From: a virus
Lineage: Duplodnaviria; Caudoviricetes
Length of the DNA stretch: 37,058 bases
IMG/VR virus record: IMGVR_UViG_3300017645_000165
Coordinates: 1-37,058 of that record
Strand: one strand, 5' to 3'
A program made the translations under genes and the position numbers. Positions 27,914 through 37,058 of this stretch are shown piece after piece. The notes below the pieces were generated by a model. That model was not told the origin of the DNA and did not search any database. It saw nothing but the letters and a program-made list of their open reading frames with translations. Each line of letters begins with the position of its first letter. Within the stretch, counting starts at the first letter, position 1.

Positions 27914-30043
27914 ATGGCCGACGCCACCCGTCGTGTCTCGGTCCGCCTCTCGGTCGACGGCGCGCAGCAGACCAAGCAGGAGCTGCGCGAGGTCGGCGAG
28001 GCCGGCCAGCGCTCGCTCGAGCGGATCAAGGACGGCACCGAGCGCGCCTCGCGGGCGCTGGACCTGCTCGATGCCGCGGTGCGCGGGGTGCAGATCGCCG
28101 GCCTCGCCGCCGGGGTGCGCGCCCTGGTGCAGGCCGGCGACCAGCTGACCGGCAGCCTCTCGCGGCTGCAGAACGCGGTCGGCTCGGTCGAGCGGGCCGG
28201 CGAGGTCTACGAGCGGCTGTACCGCGACGCGCTGCAGACCGGTGTGGCGGTCAAGGAGAGCGTCGACGCCTTCCAGCGCTTCGCCGCCGCCGCGCGCGAG
28301 ATCGGCGCCACCTCGGACCAGGTTGCGCAGTTGGTGGGTGGCCTGCAGCGGGTCGCCATTGTCTCCGGCGCCTCCACCCAGGAGATCAGCAGTGCCACCC
28401 TGCAGCTGGCCCAGGCGCTGGCCTCGGGCGTGCTGCAGGGCGATGAGCTGCGCTCGGTGCTGGAGGCCATGCCCTTGCTGGCCGAGGCGCTGGCGAAGGA
28501 ACTCGGCGTCTCCATCGGCGAGCTGCGCCAACTCGGCGCGGAGGGCAAGCTCACCGCCGACCGGGTGTTCCCGGCGCTGCTGCGCGCCACCGAGCGGGTC
28601 GGCGCCGAGCTCGACAAGGCGCCCCTCTCGCTCGGCCGCGCCTTCGGCCAGCTGCAGGTGGCCGCGGACGGCTTCCTCGGCCAGCTCGATCGTGCCATCG
28701 GCCTCTCGAACGCCCTGGCCCGGGCCCTGACCGGCGCCGCCCGCGCCCTGGACGGCGTCCGCCGCGGCGCCGGGCTGCTGACCGAGGGCGAGCGCTTGGC
28801 CGATCTCCGCAAGCAGGCCGAGGCCATCGCCCGGCAGATCGCCACCCTTGATGCCGGCATCGACACCACCCGCAACAACGGCACCCTGCGGCCGCGGCTG
28901 ACCGAGGAGGATCGGCAGCGGCGCCTGACGGAGCTGCGGGAGCAGTACCGCGAGATCCAGGCGGAGATCGCCCAGCAGGAGCAGGCCGCCGGCGAGCGGC
29001 AGCGCCAGGAGCAGGAGCGGGCCGGCCAGCAGGCCGCCGAGGCCCGTCGCACCCGCGCGGCGCAGGATGTCGAGGAGCTGCGCAAGCAGCTGGATGACCG
29101 CTTCAAGATCCAGCAGGAGTACCAGGACCGGCTCAAGCGGCTGCGCGAGGCGGAGGCTGCCGGGGCGCTGACCTCTGCCGACCGCACCCGGCTGGAGACC
29201 CTGGCGCTCCGGGAGCGCGACGAGGCCCTGCGCCGGCTGGAGCCGCGGGTCGCAGCGGTCCGGCGTGCGAGCAACGAGGGCGCCCGGGAGGCGCGCGAGG
29301 CGGAGCGCGAGCTGAACGATCTGCTGCGCGAGCGCGAGCGGCTGATCCAGGACAACGAGACCGCCTACGAGCGCTACCAGCGCCGGATGGAGCGCCTCTC
29401 CAGCCTGGTGGAGCGGGCGGAGCGGGTCGGCCGGCCGGTGCCGGACACCACCATCCAGCGCGAGGCCGAGCGGGCCATGGAGGAGCTGGAGAAAGCCGAG
29501 AAGCGCGTCCAGGAGGGCGCCGAGCGGACCAACGCGACGGTGCGTGAGCTCGGCCTGACCTTCGCCAGCGCCTTCGAGGACGCCATCGTGAAGGGCGACA
29601 AGTTGTCGAAGGTGCTGCAGAGCCTGCTGCAGGACATCACCCGCATCATCGCCCGCAAAACCATCACCGAGCCGCTCGGCAATGCGGTCTCCTCGGCGCT
29701 GTCGGGCTTTTCGCTCGATGGCCTGTTCAACTCGGTCGGCTCCTGGATCGGCGGTCTGTTCCGGGCCGAGGGCGGGCCGGTCGCGGCCGGGCAGCCCTAC
29801 ATCGTTGGCGAGCGCGGGCCCGAGTGGTTCGTCCCGAGCAGCCCGGGCACGGTGCTGCCGAACGGCACCGCGCCGGGCGGCACCACCATCCAGCAGACCA
29901 TCAGCATCGACGCGCGCGGGGCGGATGCCGGCGTCGAGACCCGGCTGCGGCTGCTGGCCGGGCAGATCGCCCGCCAAGCCTCAGCGATGACGCTGGACGC
30001 CATCCGCCGCGGCGGGTCGGCCTACGAGACGGTGCGGGGGTAG
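27914..30043 (+). CDS. Tape measure protein
   Basis: QLAQALASGVLQGDELRSVLE tape-measure domain, long coiled coil, RAEGGPV...VGERGPE. Confidence 0.95.
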   Translation: MADATRRVSVRLSVDGAQQTKQELREVGEAGQRSLERIKDGTERASRALDLLDAAVRGVQIAGLAAGVRALVQAGDQLTGSLSRLQNAVGSVERAGEVYERLYRDALQTGVAVKESVDAFQRFAAAAREIGATSDQVAQLVGGLQRVAIVSGASTQEISSATLQLAQALASGVLQGDELRSVLEAMPLLAEALAKELGVSIGELRQLGAEGKLTADRVFPALLRATERVGAELDKAPLSLGRAFGQLQVAADGFLGQLDRAIGLSNALARALTGAARALDGVRRGAGLLTEGERLADLRKQAEAIARQIATLDAGIDTTRNNGTLRPRLTEEDRQRRLTELREQYREIQAEIAQQEQAAGERQRQEQERAGQQAAEARRTRAAQDVEELRKQLDDRFKIQQEYQDRLKRLREAEAAGALTSADRTRLETLALRERDEALRRLEPRVAAVRRASNEGAREAREAERELNDLLRERERLIQDNETAYERYQRRMERLSSLVERAERVGRPVPDTTIQREAERAMEELEKAEKRVQEGAERTNATVRELGLTFASAFEDAIVKGDKLSKVLQSLLQDITRIIARKTITEPLGNAVSSALSGFSLDGLFNSVGSWIGGLFRAEGGPVAAGQPYIVGERGPEWFVPSSPGTVLPNGTAPGGTTIQQTISIDARGADAGVETRLRLLAGQIARQASAMTLDAIRRGGSAYETVRG

Positions 30044-30048
30044 CGGCC

Positions 30049-30735
30049 ATGGTCGAGTATGCCTGGCCGGAGGCACTGCGCCCCTCCCGGCTCAGCTTCT
30101 ACCTGCAGCACAACACCACCCGCTTCGTCTCGCCGGTCACCCGCGCCACGCAGGTGATGCGGCGCGAGGGGGCGCGCTGGGTGGCGGAGGCGAGCTTCGA
30201 CCCGCTCAGCCCGGCCCGCGCCGGCCTGCTGGAAGGCCTGCTCGCGGCGCTGGCCGGCTCGCTGAACACGGTGCGGATCTGGGACTGGCGGCGCGAGTAC
30301 CGCACCGGCGATCCGCGCAGCCAGGGGCAGGTGCCTGCCGGGCCCTACAGCTTCTCCGATGCCACGCTCTTCACCGATGGCACCGGCCTGGTGGTCGGCT
30401 CCGGCACGCCGGCCCTCGCCGCCGGGGCGCCGCGCGGGGCGCTGTCGATCCAGGCCGCGGGCTGGTGGCCCGGCACGGTCGCGGTCGGGGCGGGTGACTA
30501 TCTCGGCCTTAGTGGCCGGCTCTACATGGCCACCGAGGCGGTGACCGCCTCCGGCGCCGGCACCGCCACCATCCCGATCGCCCCGCCGCTGCGCGCCGCG
30601 GCGTCCCTGGCCGAACCGCTGGTGCTGAGCCGGCCGACCGTCGCCATGCGGCTGGTCTCCGACGACGAGGCGGCCAATCCGACCCGGCCGGGCTGCTTCA
30701 CGTCGATCAGCATCCGCCTTGAGGAAGCCCTCTGA
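30049..30735 (+). CDS. Distal tail (Dit-like) protein
   Basis: Directly after tape measure; FVSPVT..Q...GARW; IAPPLR. Confidence 0.65.
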   Translation: MVEYAWPEALRPSRLSFYLQHNTTRFVSPVTRATQVMRREGARWVAEASFDPLSPARAGLLEGLLAALAGSLNTVRIWDWRREYRTGDPRSQGQVPAGPYSFSDATLFTDGTGLVVGSGTPALAAGAPRGALSIQAAGWWPGTVAVGAGDYLGLSGRLYMATEAVTASGAGTATIPIAPPLRAAASLAEPLVLSRPTVAMRLVSDDEAANPTRPGCFTSISIRLEEAL

Positions 30736-31310
30736 TGGACGGCATCACCGCCACGCCGCGCCTGCACCCGCAGGCGGCCGCGGCCGCCACCGCCCGGACC
30801 GCTGCGCCGGTGGTGCTGGTCGACCTCGACTTCGCCTCCGGCCCCTTCCGCGCCTGGACCGGGCTCGGGCCGCTGCACTGGGCCGGCATGGTCTTCGAGG
30901 GGGTGGGCGTGATCGGCGCCGTCTCCGAGGTGGAGGAGACGGTCGAGCTGCGCGCCGTGCGCCTGACCCTGGCGCTCTCGCCGGTGCCGCAGGAAGTGGT
31001 CGACATCGCCCTCGCGGAGCGCAGCTTCCGCCTCCGCCCGGCCCGGCTCTGGGGCGTGCTGCTGGATGAGGGGGGTGCCTTCGTCGCCGACCCGTTCCCG
31101 CTCTGGGCCGGGCTGATGGACACCATGGAGGTGGTGGACGGGGCCGAGCCGCGGGTCTCGCTCACCTGCGAGAGCCGCCTGGTCGACCTCGAGCGCGCCG
31201 AGGTGCGCCGCTACACCGATGCCGACCAGCAGGCCGAGTACCCGGGCGACCGCTTCTTCGAGTTCGTTCCCGCTCTGCAGGAGGCGGAGATCCGGCTGCC
31301 CACCACCTGA
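30735..31310 (+). CDS. Tail tip/hub protein (gpL-like position)
   Basis: 1-nt overlap; WTGLG.L.W, RRYTDADQQAEYPGDRFFEFV. Confidence 0.7.
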   Translation: MDGITATPRLHPQAAAAATARTAAPVVLVDLDFASGPFRAWTGLGPLHWAGMVFEGVGVIGAVSEVEETVELRAVRLTLALSPVPQEVVDIALAERSFRLRPARLWGVLLDEGGAFVADPFPLWAGLMDTMEVVDGAEPRVSLTCESRLVDLERAEVRRYTDADQQAEYPGDRFFEFVPALQEAEIRLPTT

Positions 31311-31437
31311 TGCCGCGCCGCCCTAGCGAATGATCGATCGCGACCCTCAGCGGTCCTTTGCCTACGGCCCATCAAGGTCCGGTTTCAAGCGCTAGGCGGC
31401 GAGCCATCCGTGCTCGCCGCCTCACCACGAGACGCTC

Positions 31438-32109
31438 TCAGGCGTCTTCCTCGTCAAAGTAGCCCCAGTCGTCGCGAACCACCGATCCCGAAGTGTCGAG
31501 ATCGGGCCCGCTGTAAGCCACCCGTCCAGCAATTCGCTTCAGCGTGAGTACCGTCTCGAAGCTGATGGTATCGCCGAGGTAGCCGCGGTCCGGGTCGCTC
31601 TCGCCGTTAAGCGTGCCCGTCACCTGAGCCGTCACCCGATCGCGGTCCACCTGCAGGTCCACCTCGTCGACGTGCAATTCGTCGAAGTAGGCATTCGTCG
31701 ATGCCATTTCCCCCGACAGCTCGTTCGTATAGTGACTGAAGCGCTTCTGCAGGACATCCGACGGGATGTACTCTTTCAGGTCTTCGGTGAGCCACACCTC
31801 TCCGCGAAAGTGCCCCAATGCGCGAAGGTGGCCGACAAGACGCAGTGCCAAGTCATGCACATTGTGGAGGTCTTCGGGCACCTCGAGCTCGTCCCAGCGT
31901 TTCCACATCAGATTGAGATCGGGGATCAGGACGTCCGCCCCCGGCAAAGCGCGGAGCGGATACTCCGTCTCCGCCCTCATGGCCGCCGCGTCGGGGTAGC
32001 CGAAGAAGGCCGCGACAAGCTCATGCGCGTGCCCGGCGCAGAGCTTTCCGGCGCCATAGCCGCGGTAATCAGCGCGCAGAGCGTCTGCGCAATCCTTGTG
32101 GATGGACAT
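31438..32109 (-). CDS. Hypothetical moron protein
   Basis: 223 aa; helical N-terminus (HAHELVAAFFGY), acidic beta-rich C-terminus; own promoter; counter-oriented. Confidence 0.75.
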   Translation of the reverse strand: MSIHKDCADALRADYRGYGAGKLCAGHAHELVAAFFGYPDAAAMRAETEYPLRALPGADVLIPDLNLMWKRWDELEVPEDLHNVHDLALRLVGHLRALGHFRGEVWLTEDLKEYIPSDVLQKRFSHYTNELSGEMASTNAYFDELHVDEVDLQVDRDRVTAQVTGTLNGESDPDRGYLGDTISFETVLTLKRIAGRVAYSGPDLDTSGSVVRDDWGYFDEEDA

Positions 32110-32293
32110 GGCCAACCTGTTTCACGCCGGCATGTCTGAGGTAGTCGCAAGCGTTTCGTGACCACCTCGCGCCGGCTGAAAGGGTTGCCGTTCGGGGTGT
32201 TCGATCTGGGTAGTAGTGCCGCCTTTAGGGTCGCTTGCAGCCCTGGCGATCGGCTCCGAAGGGCAACGTAACGACTTCGCCGCCTGAGCGCAA
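32110..32293 (-). promoter_or_regulatory. Sigma70 promoter plus ~150-nt structured 5' leader
   Basis: Minus strand TTGCGC (32293-32288)-N17-TACGTT (32270-32265); imperfect hairpin 32113-32187 covers the RBS region. Confidence 0.6.
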
Positions 32294-32584
32294 GCGCCCC
32301 CGTCGCGGCACATGAGCCTTATCCGCTCGCCCTTGCGCGTCACGTCCCCTACGGGCCGGCATTCGCGAGCAGCGATCGACCTGCCTGGCCACCCGCAACG
32401 GCGGCTTCACCCTGCTGAACACCTGACGGCTGTCATTCCGCGTCCGGCCAGACCACGACATCAAGCGCGAGCCCAGACGGATTGCATTTACGTCCGCTCG
32501 CGAGGTCGGAGCGGACATCTACGTGCCCAGCCTCTTACAGCCGCTTTCCGTCCTGAGCAGGCATCCATCAAGGCGGTTGGTACA

Positions 32585-32938
32585 ATGCCACGTCAACCCA
32601 ACTGGCCGGTCCAGCTGGCCGCCCTGCTGGCGGCGGCCGAGGCGCGCCCCTTCGACGCCCATCGCTGGAACTGCGGCCGCTTCGCCCTGGCCGCGGTGGA
32701 GGCGGTCACCGGCTGCAAGCCGCGGATCCGCATCCTGCCCGACCTCGAGGCCACCGCCGACCGCGCCGGCTTCCCGCGCCTGCCACCCGCCTTCGCCAGG
32801 CCGGGCGACGTGGTCCTGGCGGGGGATCCGCCACGGCTCGGGGTCGTGGTGGATGGCGGTCGGGCCGCCTTCGTCGGGCCGCGCGGCCTGATCCGCACCC
32901 CGCTCACCACCTGCACCACTGCCTGGAGGATCAGGTGA
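32585..32938 (+). CDS. NlpC/P60-like (DUF6950-like) tail tip protein
   Basis: RPFDAHRWNCGRFA..AVEAVTG, ARPGDVV, AWRI; position of lambda gpK. Confidence 0.7.
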   Translation: MPRQPNWPVQLAALLAAAEARPFDAHRWNCGRFALAAVEAVTGCKPRIRILPDLEATADRAGFPRLPPAFARPGDVVLAGDPPRLGVVVDGGRAAFVGPRGLIRTPLTTCTTAWRIR

Positions 32939-32960
32939 AACCCGCGGAGGACCAGTCCTG

Positions 32961-34954
32961 ATGCCCGCCGCCGTCCCCCTTGTCGCCGTCGTGGCCTCGG
33001 GCATCGCCTCGGCCGTGGTCGGCGGCGGCATCGTCGGCGCGCTGGTCGGTGCCGGCGCTGCCCTGGTCGTCACCGCCGTCGGCGGCGCCATCTTCCCGAC
33101 CAAGAAGCCGAGCGCGCCCACCACCCCGACGACCACCGGCTTCGACGCCAGCGCACCCGGCGCTGGTCGGACGCAGTCCTTCCGCCAGCCCATCACCGAG
33201 CACCAGATCGTCTTCGGCCGCTGCAAGGTCTCGGGGCCGATCGTCTTCCTGCACTCGGCCCCCGACGATGCCGGCCGGGCGGACGGCTACTTCTACGCCG
33301 TGGTGGTGCTGGCGGCGCACCAGGTGCGGGCCATCGACGAGGTCTGGCTCGGCGACACGCTGGCGACCGACGCGAAGTATGCCGGCCTGGTCCGTATCGA
33401 TCGCCACCTCGGCGCCTCCGACCAGACCGCGAACACGAACCTTGTGGCCGAGACCGGCGGCAAGTGGACCGCCGCGCACCGTGGCCGCGGCCGGGCCTAC
33501 GTCGCGGTCCGCCTCAAGATCACCGCCGAGGCCTTCCCCTCGGCCCGCCCAACATCGCGGCCCTGGTGGAGGGGGCGGATACCATCCTCGACCCGCGCAC
33601 CGGCCAGGTGGGCTGGTCCGACAATCCGGCGCTCTGCCTGGCTTGGTACCTGACCGCGCCCTTTGGCTGGCGGGCGTCCTGGGCCGACATCGACATCCCC
33701 GCCCTGATCGCCGCGGCCAATGTCTGCGACGAGCTGGTCGGCACCCGCCGCGGCGTCTACGAGCGGCGCTATACCTGCAACGGCCGCGTCTCGCTCGGTG
33801 AGGGCAAGATCGCCATCACCCGCAAGCTGGTCTCCGCCATGGCCGGCGCCCTGGTGGTCTCGGGCGGGCGCTTCTTCATCCATGCCGGGGCGCCCGCGCT
33901 GCCGGCGGCGACGCTGACCAGCGATGAGCTGCGCGGCGACGTCACCATCCAGGGCAGCCGGCCGCGGCGCGACCTCTTCAACGGCGTGCGGGCGATTTAT
34001 GTCGAGCCGGCCGCCAACTGGCAGCCGACCGACGCGCCGCCGCTGCTCGCCAGCAACTACGTCGCCGAGGACGGGGGCGAGGCGATCTACCGCGACATGG
34101 AGTTCCCACTCACCACCTCGGTCAGCACGGTGCAGCGGATCATGAAGGCGGAGCTCGAGCGCAACCGCCGCCAGCGCGAGGTGGCCTTCCCGGCCAACCT
34201 CTCCGCCCTGCGGCTGCGCCCGTGGGAGGGGGCGATGGTTGCCCTCGACCGCCTGGTGCCCTTCCCGGCGCGGGTGACCGGCTGGTCGCTGTCGCCGGAT
34301 GGCGGGGTGAACCTGACCCTGGCCGAGGAGGACGCCGCTGTCTGGGACTGGGATCCGGCGGTGGATGAACACGCCACCGGCGACAGCCCCTCGGTGGTGC
34401 TGCCCAACCCCGGCGTCATCGCCGCGCCGGCCACCATCGCCGTCACCACCCCGACTACGATCTCCTTCGCCGCCCTGGCGGTGTCCTGGTCGGCGGTCCC
34501 GAGCGCCCATCTCGCCGGCTACGAGGTCGAGTTCCTGCCCGCCTCGGTCGCTGCCTGGCAGGGCTACGGGGCGGGGCTGGGCGCCACCGCGGCCGCGATC
34601 CCCACCGCCGAGCCAACCGCCTTCCGGGCGCGCGCCGTGGCCCGCAGCGGCGCCGTCTCGGGCTGGCGCGAGGCCCTGGTGCCGGGCACGGTCTCGGCGC
34701 CCACCGCGACCGGCATCACCGGCGGGATCCGGATCGCGGGTGGCTTCCCGGCCGATGCGGTTCGGCTGCAGCTGTTCGAGGCGGCCTCGAACAGCCTCTC
34801 GGCCGCCACGAAGCTCGCGGCCGAGCCGACCGGCCTGTTCTTCGACCGCACCGGCCTCACTGCCGGCCAGACCCGCTGGTACTGGCTGCGCGCCGTCTCG
34901 GCCGAGGGGAACGTCTCGGCCCTGGCCGGGCCCGTCTCCGCCACCGCCCTCTGA
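32961..34954 (+). pseudogene. Tail tip / host-specificity (gpJ-like) gene split by a 1-nt frameshift near 33542
   Basis: First frame reads ...ITAEAFPS, second frame continues GPPNIAALVEG..ILDPRT...WSDNPALC; adding one G to TCGGCCC fuses them. Confidence 0.75.
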
Positions 34955-34966
34955 TCCGGAGGCGCC

Positions 34967-36796
34967 ATGCCCGCCCGCATCGACGACCTGCTGGTCCTCA
35001 ACGCCAACCTGAGCAAGACCGACTTCGCCAAGTATCTCCGTGACCGCGAGGCGGTGCTGCCCGCCGACTTCGGTGGGCTCGGGGACGGCGTGGCCGACGA
35101 CCGCGCGGCCATCCAGGCCGCCTTCGACCGTGCTGCGGCGGACGGCAAGATGGCGGTGATCCCGCCCGGCACCTGGAACGTCTCCGCCGGCGTGGTGCTC
35201 GGCGGCGGCGCCCGCGGCCTGATCATGCGCGGGGTGCTCCGCTACACCGGCAGCGTGCCCGCGACGGTGCTGACGCTGGGTGATGGCGGCACCACCCGCA
35301 ACGGCGAGAAGCTCTACGCCAACCTGCAGGTGGTGCGGCAGACCCAGTCCGACTGGGGCAGCGAGGCCGATATCGGCATCCTGGCCCGCAACCTCGATGC
35401 CAGCGTGCTCGATGCCCGCCTGGTGCAGGGCTTCACCATCGGCCTGCGCACGCTCGGGGACGGCCGCGGCTTCGAGGACAGCACGCTCTATCTGCACCGC
35501 TTCCTGAACAACCGCATCGGCCTCGACATCCGCTGCGCGACGGCCACGGCCTGGAACACCTCGGTCCGCTACTACGGCGGGCACTTCGCGGTGGCGACGG
35601 GCATCAACCCCAGCCTGGACCGCTTCGGCATCCGCCTCTCGGCCGAGCCGGGGGCCTACAGCAACCACAACCGGCACGTCTTCGACGCGCCGAACTTCGA
35701 GCTGCGCCAGCTCGATCCCAATGTGGCGATCCCCTTCCTGAACGAGACCAACGGCTCGGCCATCCTCGGCCGGGCGCTGCGCATGGAGGCCTGCCCGCCG
35801 ATTGTCGCCCGCCACACCGGGGCAGCGCAGGACTGCGAGTACGAGGTGGCCTGGGCCAATACCTATGGGGTCGGCATCGAGTACACCGCGACAGCTACCC
35901 GCTGCGGCAATGCCGTCCTCAACCGCCACCGCGCCCCGGCCTCGCGCCACCTCCGGCTGCTCGGGGCGGTGCCGAACCTGCGCGCCGCCGCCTTCCGGCA
36001 CAGCGCCACCGAGGTCGGGGTGGAGGGGCTGGCCGCAGTCGCCACCTCGACCGCTGCCGCCACGACCCTGGCCGGGCTGTCCTTCAACGGCCTGGACGGC
36101 ATTGCGGCGACCAGCCGCGGGCTGCTGCTGGATGCGCAGAAGGGCTTCGCCTTCGTGGTGGACACCCGCGCCGCCAAGGAGTTCGCGCTCGCCCACTGGC
36201 TGGTCGGCGGCACCGACGGCGGGCGGCTGTTTGTGCGCTGCTTCGACGCAGCGATGGCTGTCCGGGAGAACATCGCCGGCGACGTTCTGGCCTCGCTGAC
36301 CACCCTGCAGTGGAACAGCCCCTCCAAGGCCTGGACCGGCGGCGCGGTGATGGCCGACGCCTCGCTGAACCGGCGCATGACGGTGCGGCTGGCCGAGGCG
36401 GTCGCCTATGCGCAGATCGGCATCGTCGGCTTCGACGGCCAGATCGAGCTCGAGGCGCTGCGGCTCTACGGCCTGCCCGAGCACGCCCCGGCGCTGCTTT
36501 GCGGCACGCCCACCCTGCCGGTGGGCCAGCGGGAGTTCGCCGCGGAGGTCTCCTGGGACCTGCCGAGCCTGGCGCCGGGCACGACCATCCTGCTCGATGT
36601 GACCGTCACCGGCTGTCGGCAGGGCGACCTGGCCGAGGCCGCGCTGGCCTCCTCGACCCGCTTCATCGAGCTCGACGCCGCCGCCTGGACCAACAACACG
36701 GTTCGGGTGATGGCGCGCAACATCTCCCCCTCCGCCACCTTCGATCTCGGCCCGGCGACGCTCTCGGTCGCGGTGACGAAGCGGCGGGTGCCGTAG
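34967..36796 (+). CDS. Tailspike / receptor-binding protein with pectate-lyase-like beta-helix
   Basis: DFGGLGDGVADDRAAIQAAFD...VIPPGTW motif; GGAGG SD; last gene of the tail module. Confidence 0.8.
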   Translation: MPARIDDLLVLNANLSKTDFAKYLRDREAVLPADFGGLGDGVADDRAAIQAAFDRAAADGKMAVIPPGTWNVSAGVVLGGGARGLIMRGVLRYTGSVPATVLTLGDGGTTRNGEKLYANLQVVRQTQSDWGSEADIGILARNLDASVLDARLVQGFTIGLRTLGDGRGFEDSTLYLHRFLNNRIGLDIRCATATAWNTSVRYYGGHFAVATGINPSLDRFGIRLSAEPGAYSNHNRHVFDAPNFELRQLDPNVAIPFLNETNGSAILGRALRMEACPPIVARHTGAAQDCEYEVAWANTYGVGIEYTATATRCGNAVLNRHRAPASRHLRLLGAVPNLRAAAFRHSATEVGVEGLAAVATSTAAATTLAGLSFNGLDGIAATSRGLLLDAQKGFAFVVDTRAAKEFALAHWLVGGTDGGRLFVRCFDAAMAVRENIAGDVLASLTTLQWNSPSKAWTGGAVMADASLNRRMTVRLAEAVAYAQIGIVGFDGQIELEALRLYGLPEHAPALLCGTPTLPVGQREFAAEVSWDLPSLAPGTTILLDVTVTGCRQGDLAEAALASSTRFIELDAAAWTNNTVRVMARNISPSATFDLGPATLSVAVTKRRVP

Positions 36797-36827
36797 CTCC
36801 ATAGGATCACGGTCGATGTTGGGGCGC

Positions 36828-36864
36828 AGGGGGGCGTGCCGCCGTCGCCGCACGCCCCTTCCTC
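36828..36864 (+). terminator. Possible terminator hairpin after the tailspike gene
   Basis: GGGGCGTGC (36831-36839) pairs with GCACGCCCC (36850-36858); weak U-tract. Confidence 0.35.
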
Positions 36865-37058
36865 CGCGCCTGCCACAGCGCGCTAGCCTCGGCCGGGCCT
36901 ATGCCGCCCGGCCTGGTGGGCTCCGTGCGGGTCCGCCGCCATCCCCACCACCGCGCTTGATCCGCCCCTCGTGCGGCGTCTCCCGCGGTCCCCGCGCTTA
37001 TCGGGTCCGGGTCCCCGTCATGATGGCCGGCCCCGCCCGGCCAACCGGCTCAGGCCGC

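Larger units (their letters stand above)
3..36796 (+). mobile_element. Lambda-like siphovirus prophage (replication, packaging, head and tail modules); left end lies outside the window
   Basis: Canonical order terS-terL-gpW-portal-protease/capsid-neck-tail tube-chaperones-tape measure-tail tip-tailspike, with many overlapping stop/start junctions. Confidence 0.96.

Noticed and set aside
26933-29977. 1014-aa minus-strand ORF
   Set aside because: Antisense shadow of the chaperone and tape measure genes in high-GC DNA; no motifs
9912-36796. Gene transfer agent
   Set aside because: Linked replication genes, cos-like site, GpA terminase, long tape measure and morons indicate a true prophage
33497-36853. 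1118-aa minus-strand ORF
   Set aside because: Antisense shadow of the tail tip and tailspike genes
32961-37058. Diversity-generating retroelement or invertible tail-fibre cassette
   Set aside because: No reverse transcriptase, invertase or TR/VR repeat pair seen
36797-37058. attR site or tRNA at the right end
   Set aside because: No tRNA fold recognised, and an att repeat cannot be tested without the left end

Overview
High-GC window, probably alphaproteobacterial and Acetobacteraceae/Roseomonas-like (inferred from composition and gene style). It is almost entirely one lambda-like siphovirus prophage. On the + strand, in order: a 5'-truncated Toprim-VapE primase/helicase with a putative iteron origin, a RuvC-like nuclease, a DUF6456-like regulator, a lambda-type cos-like site, two ParB-DNA methyltransferases, terminase, portal, a protease-capsid fusion, lysis and neck genes, tail tube, G/GT-type chaperones (-1 slippery site GGGAAAC), tape measure, tail tip genes (the tip gene is frameshifted) and a tailspike. 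Integrase, repressor and att sites are not visible here. Accessory inserts, mostly counter-oriented, interrupt the backbone: an HNH-like ORF, a leftward DUF3489 cluster with SD-sequestering leaders, a VOC protein, a Phd/PIN toxin-antitoxin pair, a ~1250-aa DSR1-like sirtuin placed exactly between the tail tube and tail chaperone genes, and an unknown gene with a long structured leader. Family names come from motif recognition and synteny, not from database searches.
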